This document shows, in pieces, positions 1 to 12,947 of a DNA stretch of 64,000 bases. The notes below the pieces were generated by a model. That model saw nothing but the letters and a program-made list of their open reading frames with translations, did no database searches and was not told the DNA's origin. The translations under genes and the position numbers were made by a program. Position 1 is the stretch's first letter; each line of letters opens with the position of its first letter. Source of the DNA: Paraspadella gotoi (taxonomy: Eukaryota > Animalia > Chaetognatha); assembly GCA_051294375.1 (NCBI GenBank), contig CM119265.1, positions 8,626,772 through 8,690,771 of the forward strand, given 5' to 3'.

Positions 1-62
<62 letters not shown>

Positions 63-204
63 GGGGAATCAAGTAAGGAAGATGCAGTTGATTGCCCATT
101 GGCCACGAAAAAAGCTGGAGAAGAGTCGGGAACGACGACGAGGGTTCGACGAACGTCGCCGGACGCGTCGGCAGAGTCGGCGGCGTCGGCAGAGTCGGCG
201 GTCT

Positions 205-239
<35 letters not shown>

Positions 240-1246
240 TTGGCGTCGGCGTCGGCGTCGGCGTGGTTCGGCGTCAGCGGGCAATCAATTTCTCGATGAC
301 AAACGAAACTCAAAGAAGAAGAAGAGAGTCGAGTCAAATGAGGCGTGGAAAGCAAAGGGTAGGGGGGGGCGGGGCCGGCTCGGCAGGGAGGGTTGGGGTT
401 CAGAGAGGGATTCATGGGACTTGTCGGGACCTAGGGGTGGCTGTGGGGGAGGAAGGGGGTTAGAAGGGGAACGAATTAAGAGCAGTCGTAAAATAAAAAC
501 GGACTATTTCATCGAAATACGAAAATACATACCATATTATTCAAGAATATCAATTAAGAATGAATTATTTTAATCGAAAATAATTATTTGTTCATGACTC
601 AGAACATAAACGCATTTTTTATACATGTACTAGATCTTAGAATTAAAAATTTATTATTTCGAGTAACATTTTATTCTAAAAGTAAAGTCAAGAACCTGAT
701 TGATTTTAAAATTCACGAGGTGAGATTTCAAACGTGAAAAAAAAAGAAGAAATCCAACTCTCTAATTGGAAAGATTTCGGTGAGAGGGAGGCAGAGGTGA
801 TCCGTGAAGTTGTCTTTTTTTTCGGTTAGGGTTGATTGTCGGCGGGGGGGGGGCGGTTTCGCTTGATGAGTCGGGATCTCATCGAAAGATGATTCAGTGA
901 GAGAGGGGGGTGGTGAAAGACGGGGGGGGGAGGGGTGAGGCGCTCGTGAGCCAAAAAAGCCAAAGACTCGTGCTCCGATCTGTTTTTTTTTTTTACGATT
1001 CACACTATGAGTCAGGGACTTCGAAGTAAAGAAGAGAAAGATGAAAAAAACGAATGAAAAAAAGATTAGTGAGAAAATGAGAAAAGTAGAAGAATCAAAT
1101 CCTTTCCGTTGATTAAATATAAAATTGATGTCTCCCCAGATTAGTTATATTTAAAGGGGAAGTAAGGCTGTGGGACAAAGAAATGATTGCGATGACCGAC
1201 AGGAAAAATTGGACTGAGAATTGTTGAAAAACGGGTATGCGAAATT

Positions 1247-1300
<54 letters not shown>

Positions 1301-2239
1301 CGATAACCTTCCTCGGGCGAAATCGCGTGCCTTCACCCGCGCCCACTTGCGGCGCGTTGCGGGCATCACCTGAGACGAGCTAAATCCACTGTGCGAGGGG
1401 GGGGGAGATCGATTCGATCGAGAGAATGGCGAGAGAGAGGGGGAGGGGGAGGTGAAGGGAGAAAGGTGAGAGAAAATCAAAAGGAGATAAAGAAAGAAAA
1501 TTAGGACCGAAATATTTTTACAATTTTTTTTTATTTAAAATTAGGATGACTCCTCGAGGACAGATATTAAAAATCCCGATAAAAAAAGAAAGGAGAAAAA
1601 AAATTGAAAAGTAGATCCTCAGAGATAAAGAAAATCTCGATCTAATCTTCCTGCCGAGAAATTTTTTTTTTTTCATTTCGTTTGAAAAGAAAATGCTCAT
1701 CATAACCGCGCGAAAAACGTAATCAAAACCATCCCTCGATTTTTATCTCTTACTCCGATTTTAATTTCAGATAAAATTTCTTTCTTTTTTTTTTTCTGAA
1801 TAAAACAGAACATCTTGCACTTGGAAGGAGAAAGCTGAAATGGTTAAAGACGTTCATTTTAACCTGGTGTATATCTGGGCTCAGTTCTCGGAAACCTGCC
1901 AAAAAGATGGTGTTTTGTGTTTGTAAATTTACATGTAGCCACCTCACGAATCTTGGTCTTTGGAAAACGACTCATATGCAAAACTAACATCTCTTTATGT
2001 TAAAATAAACGAGAACGCGGAAGTAAAAACTGCATTATATTTAAAAAAAAAAATATTATGTTCGATATTTTATATATATTCTTAATGGTCAAAACATAGA
2101 ATTTAATAGTTTAAACAGACGAGAATGTTTAAATGGTCGAAACCATTTCGCGGCCGAGACTCAAACAGATGCTCGCGATTGAAATGAAGGCCCCGAGGAA
2201 ATTGAAACAAAATCCTTTACGTCCCCTGCATCCAAAACG

Positions 2240-2356
2240 AAAACGTTACCACCCCAAAGAGGATCTTGCTCCACCCCAAATAGTATGATGCTCCACCCCT
2301 AATGCTTGGTCGAAGATGCTCTACTATGAAACTGCTCCAGTGCTCCACCCCTAAGG
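2240..2356. repeat. Short clustered TGCTCCACCCC repeats (possible MITE relic); mirrored at ~11770-11880
   Basis: TGCTCCACCCC or close variants recur several times within ~115 bp. Confidence 0.4.
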
Positions 2357-2640
2357 AAATCGGAATACAAAGACGGTCATTGAGAGAGGGATCGAATTCA
2401 TTCAATTCGAAACGGTAAAAAATAATCGTATAAAAAATGACTCTTAAGATTTAAGACTTAAGAGTCAGCTAATCGACGTTTAAATACTTTCACTTTTAAA
2501 TTGTTCCCAGAGTGTTCTACGTTTTGCTGTCGCTCACAACGTCTTTTTAACTTTTTAGTACCGAAACAATTTTCTGCCAGGAAAAAAATGAGTCTGAAAA
2601 AAAATGAACAAAAATAGTCGAAGAAAAACGATGTTGCGCC

Positions 2641-2695
<55 letters not shown>

Positions 2696-3217
2696 ATAAA
2701 TTGGATAAGATTTATAGAGTAAGAGCGACCCCTCTGAATGAAAGAAGCTATGGATGCTTCTGTCAAGGCAGGGAGAACTGAGCCATATATTTTTTACCGA
2801 TGTTTCTTTCTTTCTCTTCTTTGTTTTGTTTTTTTTTTTTTTTTCTTTCCACCTTAGAGCGCCATCATATTTCTAACCGCGTTGACCAAAGCGCGTTGCT
2901 TTTCCTTCGAACAGTTTCCACTTTATCACATCTCCGTCCTCTTTTTTCTCTCTGTCACTATTTGATCATTCCTCCTGACATTTATCACAACCTCCACCGC
3001 CCACCCCTTCCTTAACACCGCCATCACTCTTCTCGCCAGCGGCGCGAACTCCACCGACACACATCCTCTCCAACTCTGGACGATTTGTTGTTACAAGCAG
3101 CTAAACAAATAACCGAATTCTCCGTGACCGTAAAAGGATCCGAGATCGCGTCCCCGCATCCCCCCTACCCCCCCTCGACGGTATCTAAATTCCGGACTCA
3201 AAAAACAATTTTGTTCC

Positions 3218-3292
<75 letters not shown>

Positions 3293-3686
3293 TAATAATC
3301 CTTATTTCCTCTCCTCCTTAAAGTCAATTCCCCTCTCCTACCCTTCCATTGTACCGCCACGCCCACGACCCTATTCTAACCCCCCCTCCAAGTTTCAATT
3401 GTGAACGTGATTTTGATTGGTGGCGTCGCTACGCAGGCGGAGCTGCTCCCTTCCCCCTCCTCCGCCCGCCCGGTCACCACGTTATAGACCTTTAATCTTT
3501 CATTGTCGTCTTTTCTTTTATTTCTTTTTTATTTCCTATGTTCTTTTTTTTTTGCATTTTGCTGACCCGGATGTCATTTGCCTCGTTTCCATTTCCATAT
3601 CAATGGCTAACTTACACCACGACCATTCCACATCCGCAGTCGATCCTTTGTCACTCTACGTAATAGACTTTACATATCCCATATAT

Positions 3687-3797
3687 CTTGTGAGAGTGAT
3701 GGAGGCCTTAAACCACCAAAGCCTGTCCAAGTCAGTGGCAAGATAGCTTATTTATTAATAAATGGATAATTTTTATATTGGTTGTACCATTTCATAA
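3687..3797 (+). repeat. Dispersed ~115-bp repeat (other copies ~10258-10372 and 63857-63968, both in the opposite orientation)
   Basis: CTTGTGAGAGTGATGGAGGCCTTAAACCACCAAAGCCTGTCCAAGTCAGTGGCAAGATAGCTTATTTATT...TTGGTTGTACCATTTCATAA matches the reverse complement of 63857-63968 with different flanks. Confidence 0.85.
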
Positions 3798-4324
3798 TAA
3801 TTTCATAACATTTTCCAAATCCACTAACTTATTTCTTATTTCTACCACGTTTCACCCAATACCACTCGACATATTTAACCACTCTCAAACCCTTTCACCA
3901 CTTTTCCACCCCTCCACCTTCTGCCACCACTCCCCCGAAACACCCCTCCAACCTTTTACCCCCTCCGGCGCTGACTCCCGCGCGCGGGACAGGAGATAAC
4001 GAAGCCAAAGAAACAAACCCCCGATTCTTCGGTGGTTCATCGCCACAAATCCCGAGGGGCGAGAGTTGGCCCCCCGGCGCGGTATTTTGCACCCGCCGCG
4101 GGGCGTTTTGCGTCAAAACTCCAAGGATGTGGGGTGCGAGAGAAGGGGTGTGGAGCGAGAGAGAGTGAAGGATGTGGTGATCGACCTACTCTCCCCCACC
4201 TTAACCCCCCTCACTGCGTCTCTATCTAGATCGATTTTATAGAAAGAAAAGGGTTTGTAAAGAAAAAACAAAAAAGACAAGATTTTTTAAACAATTTTTC
4301 GTTCCTTTTTGTTTTTTTATTTAA

Positions 4325-7146
4325 GGCCTGGGATCACTCACCAAAAGTTATAAATAGGGTAACACAAAGCTTGGATTTTGAAAGTAGAGGTCCAGTCGAT
4401 CCGAAATGTATGCACTTTATTATTTTTTCAAAACCGTTGGTGTTTTTTAGAATTTTATATTACTATATAAAATAAAAGAAACCTATCGGAAGAGTTGCAG
4501 CCCAAACGGCGAAGCGGGTTTGATGAAATTTAACATAATTTTACTTGAGGTGAAGGTCCCCAATTCTATGAGAGGATTTTCCAAATTCACTTTTCTTCAT
4601 AGGAAAAAAAAAGAATAATGAAATTTTGGCGTTAAAATCTAAATATCTTGAAAACGAATAACATTTCAAAAATCCCTCTCATAGAATTTCTCCCACATTT
4701 CCATACTAACGAAAAATAATTTAGTTTATTTTTTTTCAAACAGTTTTCGCTCCAACTCTTTTTGTTTATTTTATTTTTTATTTTTTATTTTTTTTCTGTA
4801 GATTTTAAAGAACTGAAAGTCGAGCAGAGAACTCTAAAATCGACATGCTTTTGTAAAATCTATTTTCATTTCTAGTTTAAATGATGGCTTTACCGTTCTC
4901 TGAAGTGTTATCAAATTTTTTAATTTTTTTTTAAATTTAAAAAATGCTGTGACAACAAAACACGGATGGGTGAACAAGGAGGAATGCTGCAAGGGGTTTA
5001 CTTATTTTCATCTGTGGCAAACGGTCAAGCTTTAAAGCCAGTTTTGAATGTGGGGAACAGAAACTAATTGACAAGAGGAGAGCATAACGATTGTCCATCT
5101 GTGGAATCAGAGACCATCTATAGCACCCTAGTGTTTCTATCTCAGAGGATCCGATTGCAGATGCCAATGGACGTTGTCTTTGACTTTAAAATTGTACAAT
5201 TTTTGTATAACTCTTTTAGTAAAAAAATGGTATTAGGCATCATTAAATATGTATTCTGCACTCTCTCTACATAAACGTTTATATTTTCATCCTTAATTGA
5301 TCCAATTACATCATAAGAATGACTAGGCTTTAGGTACTATAGATACCTCACCCGAGAGCTCATATCATATATATTTTTTATATATTTTTATGCCGGTCCC
5401 TGGAGGATGATATCAATATTCACTTGCAAAAAACCGTTTTTAAATTCCTACAATGATTTCTGAGATATAGTCATAAACGTCAGCCTTGAAAGGCAAAATT
5501 TGTCAGAATAAAATTTCGAGTTTCTTCTTAGATTTCTGACGCGCTAGTACAAACTATTTAAAAAAAAGAGGAAACGTTTCACTGATTTCTTCCAACATAA
5601 TCGATAAATGAGTAAGACAATTGGGTAACCTGATAGTCATAAGTCTCTAGAGGCAGAAAATTTTCTTTAGGTTTTATTTGAAATTTAGGTATTGTACCAA
5701 TAGGATAAATTGAGATACTCCTGCTCTGCCGAAATTTTATTTAACAAAGATTTGTACTGCGTAGTTCAAATCTTTAGTTCTCTAAAGGTAAAAAAAGTTA
5801 TTTTCTTGAATAACTTTTGAAAGAAAAGAGATAGGAACGTGGGCGAGGTATTAAATTTAAGACCTAATCATGGGACACCTTTCTAAATAAGTTTATTAAA
5901 TTTTATCCATAAATCTTTACACAGCCTTTATTTAAATCGAAGTTAAAAGTATAACAGTTTTTTGCATTAAAAATTTCATTGAAGCTATATGAAATTTGTT
6001 GTTTTCTTTCTTAATTTGAAAAAGGAAAGACTAAATTACATTTTGATTACAATTAAATTTCTCTACTGCATAAAATTGCTTGCATTTTTCAGTTAAAGTA
6101 AAAAACAAGCAAAAATTTATGTAGTAGCTTGATAAAATGTTTTTTTGAATATAAAAAATGATAAATACAAAAATGTTTTCAGCTTAATATAAACAGTCTG
6201 GACGTCTACCTTCTTGTCTGTGGAGAAAAAATCGTCATTTTTCATTATCTTCAACTGCAAACAAAAAGCTTGACACACTGCTTGTTATCATAATAAAATT
6301 TTTAAAAATTACATAGCTGAGGACATATTTGACAAAGGAAGACATCATTGTGTTAAATTGTATTGATAATTTTTTTTTAAATAGAAAAAAGATAATTTAT
6401 TTTTAGCTTTCTTTTTATTTCTTCTTAAATAAAATTTCAGTGAAGAAAAAAAATTAAAATCTACTCATCTGAATGTCATTGTTTACTGATTAAAAGGTAA
6501 AATTTTTTAATTCGCCCTTTTGCCCCCAAGCCCAAGACATGGAAGTGCCTAAAACTTTTAAAAACATTTTTACTTGATGTGCATACAAGCAGAACCCGCA
6601 TTCTGAATTTTTGTATTTTCCCTTTCAAACATATTAAATAAAAATAATTATTTCGAGATGTTCGACGGTGACAATGCCACTGGTAAGGCTTCGTTACCTC
6701 ACTTCCGAATGAATTTTAACGAGGATTTTTTTTCCGTCTATTCGAGACATAACACTAACTATTGATATTACTAGTTTTTTGATTCACACAATCTACTTCG
6801 CGTATCAGAGAAACGTTTAGCGTGTCAAAAAAATAGGGTAAAAATGAGTAAAACGTTCTGACAAAATTAAAAATCGATGAGGAATCTAGTACTAGTATTA
6901 CACTGAGGTAGCTGATGTTAATTGAATAAAAAGAATTAAAATTCGCTTTAAAAATGACTTTACCGTCTTGAATGAAGTTTTTTAGGTTTACCATAAAAAA
7001 ATTGCCCCGATTTTTGGGTGGCTCTTGAAGCTAAACCTTATTCAAATTGAATTTTTTTTATTGAAACACGAAGGAAATATACTTCTTTTACATAAAAATA
7101 ATTTGTAATAAAGCTTTATGCAATTCTTGTTTGAATGATCCAGGCC
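4325..7146. mobile_element. 2822-bp non-autonomous TTAA-specific DNA transposon (Kolobok-like termini)
   Basis: TTAA at 4321-4324 and 7147-7150. Left end GGCCTGGGATCACTCA; right end TGAATGATCCAGGCC (reverse complement GGCCTGGATCATTCA). The inverted copy has an empty site with a single TTAA at 9726-9729. No intact transposase ORF. 5'-RR...YY-3' ends with TTAA fit Kolobok better than piggyBac (CCY...RGG). Confidence 0.88.
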
Positions 7147-7394
7147 TTAACAAGCCTCGCGAAGGCGGGGCGGAGGCGATTAATGAACGGTTCCAGTTCT
7201 CGTTTTGGACTCAGATGGCACTTGGGTTTTTAAACCAAGTTGGGCCGATGACTTTCTGGTTTGATGACATCCAGAACGACTCAATTTAAGGCGTCATTTG
7301 GGAATGTAAAAAGAGAAATGGGAGAAAATAAATGTAGAAATGTTAGAATGAAAAAGGGTATCCAATTACTGCGTCGACAACTCTCTTTTAGCAT

Positions 7395-7437
7395 TATAGT
7401 TATAATGTTATAATGTTATAATGTTATAGTTACAATG
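7395..7437. repeat. (GTTATAAT)n short tandem repeat
   Basis: Seen directly; mirrored at ~9435-9478. Confidence 0.8.
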
Positions 7438-7941
7438 CTTTTTTTTTCGGGAGCCGATTTTGTGATTTGTTTTCATATTTATGTTGATCGCCGGTTTCCA
7501 TTTTGCTTACATCTCCCAAATCTCCATCAGAACCAGGCCGTCCTCAATCTCGAACTTGAGACGTACGTATTTGAAAATCAAATTGTGCTAAGGAAGTATT
7601 TTTTTTCGCTCGTTGCTCTATCACTATCGAATATTTATCCACTTTTCAGTTCAGCCTCTATTACTAAATGACACTTTTATAGGAAATACAAATCACATTG
7701 GTCAGATGGTTTCTTGGCGTGAATTCAGCTACTTGACGTAACTTGAATTTAATTGTTTATTTTGAAAATAATTTCTAAAAATTATAGAAATACCTACATA
7801 CCGTTACTTTCTTATAGTTTAACGTCTATAATTTCGATATGGTGAAAATCCTAATTTTGTTGTTTCTTGTTTAAGAGTCACCCTTACCCACTTCTCTCCT
7901 CTCACTCTCGCTCGACTTACCAAAGCGTCCTGGATATCGAT

Positions 7942-7959
7942 TCACCTGACGTCAGGTGA
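7942..7959. promoter_or_regulatory. Perfect 18-bp palindrome TCACCTGACGTCAGGTGA (CRE overlapped by two CAGGTG E-boxes) in a motif-rich block
   Basis: Contains TGACGTCA plus CACCTG and CAGGTG. Nearby: GGGTCA half-sites (~8010-8030), GGGCGG (~8050), TGAGTCA (8101-8107) and TATATAAG (~8126). Function is inferred only. Confidence 0.4.
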
Positions 7960-8532
7960 GGAAGACGCTCGCGTCACTGAATAAATCAACCTCGAATTCG
8001 CGAGGTTAAGGGTCAGCGGAAAGGGTCAAGCGGTCATAGCAGGGAAAGTGGGCGGTAGGTGGAGCGGTCACTGTAGGGGTAGTCAAGGGGGTGACTGGAA
8101 TGAGTCAGGAGATTCTAGTACAGTTTATATAAGTAGGAGACAGATGGATTAAAAATGTTAAATTAATAGTTGTTTCAACGCAATGGTCTGCAAAAAAAAA
8201 ATGTAAAAATTTTAAATATCAATTAACTGTGAAAAAAAACCCACTTCTTTTCAAGGTTCTCAGGTTGACGAAATAAAAAAAGGTCATTAACTTTGGTTCA
8301 CTGAATCGAAATAAAAACGAAATTCGTCTCATGTTTGTGATTTCTTTATATTTTTTTTTAATATGATAATCTAAAACACGCATTTTCCTCTTTATTCCTT
8401 CCAAATTTTCCGGCCTTCAAACCAATTTTGAGAAATGAAAAATGGAAAATAAAGCGAAGAAGGTTGAGGGTGGGGGGGGGCGAGGTGGGGGAAGAATTGG
8501 AAGGGGANNNNNNNNNNNNNNNNNNNNNNNNN

Positions 8533-10783
8533 TTTCGTTTTTATTTCGATTCAGTGAACCAAAGTTAATGACCTTTTTTTTTATTTCGTCAACCTGAGAA
8601 CCTTGAAAAGAAGTGGGTTTTTTTTACACAAGTTAATTAATATTTACAATTTTTACATTTTTTTTTGCAGACCATTGCGTTGAAACAACTATTAATTTAA
8701 CATTTTTAATCCATCTGTCTCCTACTTATATAAACTGTACTAGAATCTCCTGACTCATTCCAGTCACCCCCTTGACTACCCCCTACAGTGACCGCTCCAC
8801 CTACCGCCCACTTTCCCTGCCTATGACCCGCTTGACCCTTTCCGCTGACCCCTTAACCTCGCGAATTCGAGGTTGATTTATTCAGTGACGCGAGCGTCTT
8901 CCCTCACCTGACGTCAGGTGAATCGATATCCAGGACGCTTTGGTAAGTTCGAGCGAGAGTGAGAGGAGAGAAGTGGGTAAGGGTGACTCTTAAAACAAGA
9001 AACAACAAAATTAGGATTTTCACCATATCGAAATTATAGACGTTAAAACTATAAGAAAGTAACGGTATGTAGGTATTTCTATAATTTTAGAAATTATTTT
9101 CAAAATAAAACAATTAAAATTCAAGTTACGTCAAGTAGCTGAATTCACGCCAAGAAACCCATCTGACCAATGTGATTTGTATTTCCTATAAAAGTGTCAT
9201 TTAGTAAATAGAGGCTGAACTGAAAAGTGGATAAATATTCGATAGTGATAGAGCAACGAGCGAAAAAAAATACTTCCTTAGCACAATTTGATTTTCAAAT
9301 ACGTACGTCTCAAGTTCGAGATTGAGGACGGCCTGGTTCTGATGGAGATTTGGGGAGATGTAAGCAAAATGGAAACCGGCGATCAACATAAATATGAAAA
9401 CAAATCACAAAATCGGCTCCCGAAAAAAAAAGCATTGTAACTATAACATTATAACATTATAACATTATAACTATAATGCTAAAAGAGAGTTGTCGACGCA
9501 GTAATTTGGATACCCTTTTTCAATTCTAACATTTCTACATTTATTTTCTCCCATTTTCTCTTTTTACATTCCCAAATGACGCCTTAAATTGAGTCGTTCT
9601 GGATGTCATCAAACCAGAAAGTCATCGGCCCAACTTGGTTTAAAAAACCCAAGTCCCATCTGAGTCCAAAACGAGAAACTGGAACCGTTCATTAATCGCC
9701 TCCGCCCCGCCCTTCGCGAGGCTTGTTAAATAAAAAAACCAAAAAGGAACGAAAAATTGTTTAAAAAATCTTGTCTTTTTTGTTTTTCTTTACAAACCCT
9801 TTTCTTTCTATAAAATCGATCTAGATAGAGACGCAGTGAGGGGGGTTAAGGTGGGGGAGAGTAGGTCGATCACCACATCCTTCACTCTCTCTCGCTCCAC
9901 ACCCCCTTCTCTCGCACCCCACATCCTTTGGAGTTTTGACGCAAACGCCCCGCGGCGGGTGCAAATACCCGCGCCGGGGGGGCCAACTCTCGCCCCCTCG
10001 GGATTTGTGGCGATGAACCACCGAAGAATCGGGGGTTTGTTTTCTTTGGCTTCGTTATCTCCTGTCCCGCGCGCGGGAGTCAGCGCCCGGAGGGGGTAAA
10101 AGGTTGGAGGGGTGTTTCGGGGGAGTGGTGGCAGAAGGTGGAGGGGTGGAAAAGTGGTGAAAGGGTTTTGAGAGTGGTTAAATATGTCGAGTGGTATTGG
10201 GTGAAACGTGGTAGAAATAAGAAATAAGTTAGTGGATTTGGAAAATGTTATGAAATTATTATGAAATTGGTACAACCAATATAAAAATTATCCATTTATT
10301 TAATAAATAAGCTATCTTGCCACTGACTTTGGACAGGCTTTGGTGGTTTAAGGCCTCCATCACTCTCACAAGATAATATGGGATATGTAAAGTCTATTAC
10401 GTAGAGTGACAAAGGATCGACTGCGGATGTGGAATGGTCGTGGTGTAAGTTAGCCATTGATATGGAAATGGAAACGGAGGCAAATGACATCCGGGTCAGC
10501 AAAATGCAAAAAAAAAAGAACATAGGAAATAAAAAAGAAATAAAAGAAAAGACGACAATGAAAGATTAAAGGTCTATAACGTGGTGACCGGGCGGGCGGA
10601 GGAGGGGGAAGGGAGCAGCTCCGCCTGCGTAAGCGACGCCACCAATCAAAATCACGTTCACAATTGAAACTTGGGGGGCGGAGGGGGGTTGGAATAGGGT
10701 CGTGGGCGTGGCGGTACAAATGGAAGGGTAAGGAGAAGGGGGAAATTGACTTTAAAGGGAGGGAGAGAAAATAAGGATTATTA

Positions 10784-10848
<65 letters not shown>

Positions 10849-12862
10849 GGAACAAAATTGTTTTTTTGAGTCCGGAATTTAGATACCGTCGAGGGTGGGG
10901 GTATGGGAGGGGATGCGGGGACGCGATCCTCGATCCTTTTACGGTCACGAGAATTCGGTTATTTGTTTTGCTGCTTGTAACAACAAATCGTCCAGAGTTG
11001 GAGAGGATGTGTGTCGGTGGAGTTCGCGCCGCTGGCGAGAAGAGTGATGGGCGGTGTTAAGGAAGGGGTGGGCGGTGGAGGTTGTGATAAATGTCAGGAG
11101 GAATGATCAAATAGTGACAGAGAAGAAAAAAGAGGACGGAGATGTGATAAAGTGGAAACTGTTCGAAGGAAAAGCAACGCGCTTTGGTCAACGCGGTTTA
11201 GAAATATGATGGCGCTCTAAGGTGGAAAGAAAAAAAAAAAAAAAAACAAAACAAAGAAGAGAAAAGAAAAGAAACCATCGGTAAAAAAATATATGGCTCA
11301 GTTTCTCCCTGCCTTGACAGAAGCATCCATAGCTTCTTTCATTCAGAGGGGGTCGCTCTTACTCTATAAATCTTATCCAATTTATTATATTCTCTTCTCT
11401 CTCTAATCTCTTTTCTTCCTTCTCTATCGGCTCTCTTTTCTTCTCTCGTCTTCTCCTCTCTCTCTTTCTTCTTAACGCGAAATCGTTTTTCTTCGACTAT
11501 TTTTGTTCATTTTTTTCAGACTCATTTTTTTCCTGGCAGAAAATTGTTTCGGTACTAAAAAAGTTAAAAAGACGTTGTGAGCGACAGCAAAACGTAGAAC
11601 ACTCCTGGGAACAATTTAAAAGTGAAAGTATTTAAACGTCGATTTAGCTGACTCTTAAGTCTTAAATCTTAAGAGTCATTTTTCTTAAAAGATTACGATT
11701 ATTTTTTACCGTTTTCGAATTGAATGAATTCGATCCCTCTCTCAATGACCGTCTTTGTATTCCGATTTCCTTAGGGGTGGAGCACTGGAGCAGTTTCATA
11801 GTAGAGCATCTTCGACCAAGCATTAGGGGTGGAGCATCATACTATTTTGGGGTGGAGCAAGATCCTCTTTGGGGGTGGTAACGTTTTCGTTTTGGATGCA
11901 GGGGACGTAAAGGATTTTGTTTCAATTTCCTCGGGGCCTTCATTTCCAATCGCGAGCATCTGTTTGAGTCTCGGCCGCGAAATGGTTTCGACCATTTAAA
12001 CATTCTCGTCTGTTTAAACTATTAAATTCTATGTTTTGACCATTAAGAATATATATAAAATATCGAACATAATATTTTTTTTTTTAAATATAATGCAGTT
12101 TTTACTTCCGCGTTCTCGTTTATTTTAACATAAAGAGATGTTAGTTTTTGCATATGAGTCGTTTTCCAAAGACCAAGATTCGTGAGGTGGCTACATGTAA
12201 ATTTACAAACACAAAAACACCATCTTTTTGGCAGGTTTCCGAGAACTGAGCCCAGATATACACCAGGTTAAAATGAACGTCTTTAACCATTTCAGCTTTC
12301 TCCTTCCAAGTGCAAGATGTTCTGTTTTATTTCAGAAAAAAAAAAAGAAAGAAATTTTATCTGAAATTAAAATCGGAGTAAGAGATAAAAATCGGAGGGA
12401 TGGTTTTGATTACGTTTTTCGCGCGGTTATGATGAGCATTTTCTTTTCAAACGAAATGAAAAAAAAAAAAAAATTTCTCGGCAGGAAGATTAGATCGAGA
12501 TTTTCTTTATCTCTGAGGATCTACTTTTCAATTTTTTTTCTCCTTTCTTTTTCTTTTATACGATTTTAATATATTGTCCTCGAGGAGTCATCCTTAATTT
12601 TTTAATAAAAAAAAAATTGTAAAAATATTTCGGGTACTAATTTTCTTTTCTTTTTACTCCTTTTGATTTTCTCTCACTTCTCCCTTCACCCCCCTCCTCC
12701 CCCTCTCTCTCGCCATCTCTCCGATCGAATTTCGATCTCCCCCCCCCCGCACAGTGGATTTGCTCGTTCTCAGGTGATGCCCGCCCAACGCGCGCGCAAG
12801 TGGGCGCGGGTGAAGGCACGCGATTTTCGCCCGAGGAAGGGTTATTTCGATTCCTCCTCTCT

Positions 12863-12947
<85 letters not shown>

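Larger units (their letters stand above)
1..8322. repeat. Left arm of a large inverted duplication (partner 8533-~14200)
   Basis: 8533 onward is the reverse complement of 8322 backward: GGTTCACTGAATCGAAATAAAAACGAAA at 8295-8322 mirrors 8533-8560, and the GC-rich block 60-345 mirrors ~13860-14140. The only large difference is the 4325-7146 insertion. Confidence 0.95.

Noticed and set aside
60-345. GC-rich ORFs (poly-Arg/Ala/Ser) and their mirror at ~13860-14140
   Set aside because: Built from GTC/GGC trinucleotide-type repeats that are open in several frames. No recognisable domain or clear splice context.
3695-3740. SECIS-like hairpin (GTGA...AAA loop) in the dispersed repeat
   Set aside because: Lacks the 3' GA of the SECIS core and is not in a selenoprotein 3' UTR.
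4937-5274. Short ORFs inside the TTAA transposon as transposase or KolX remnants
   Set aside because: No DDE, THAP or KolX motif recognisable by eye; needs an HMM search.
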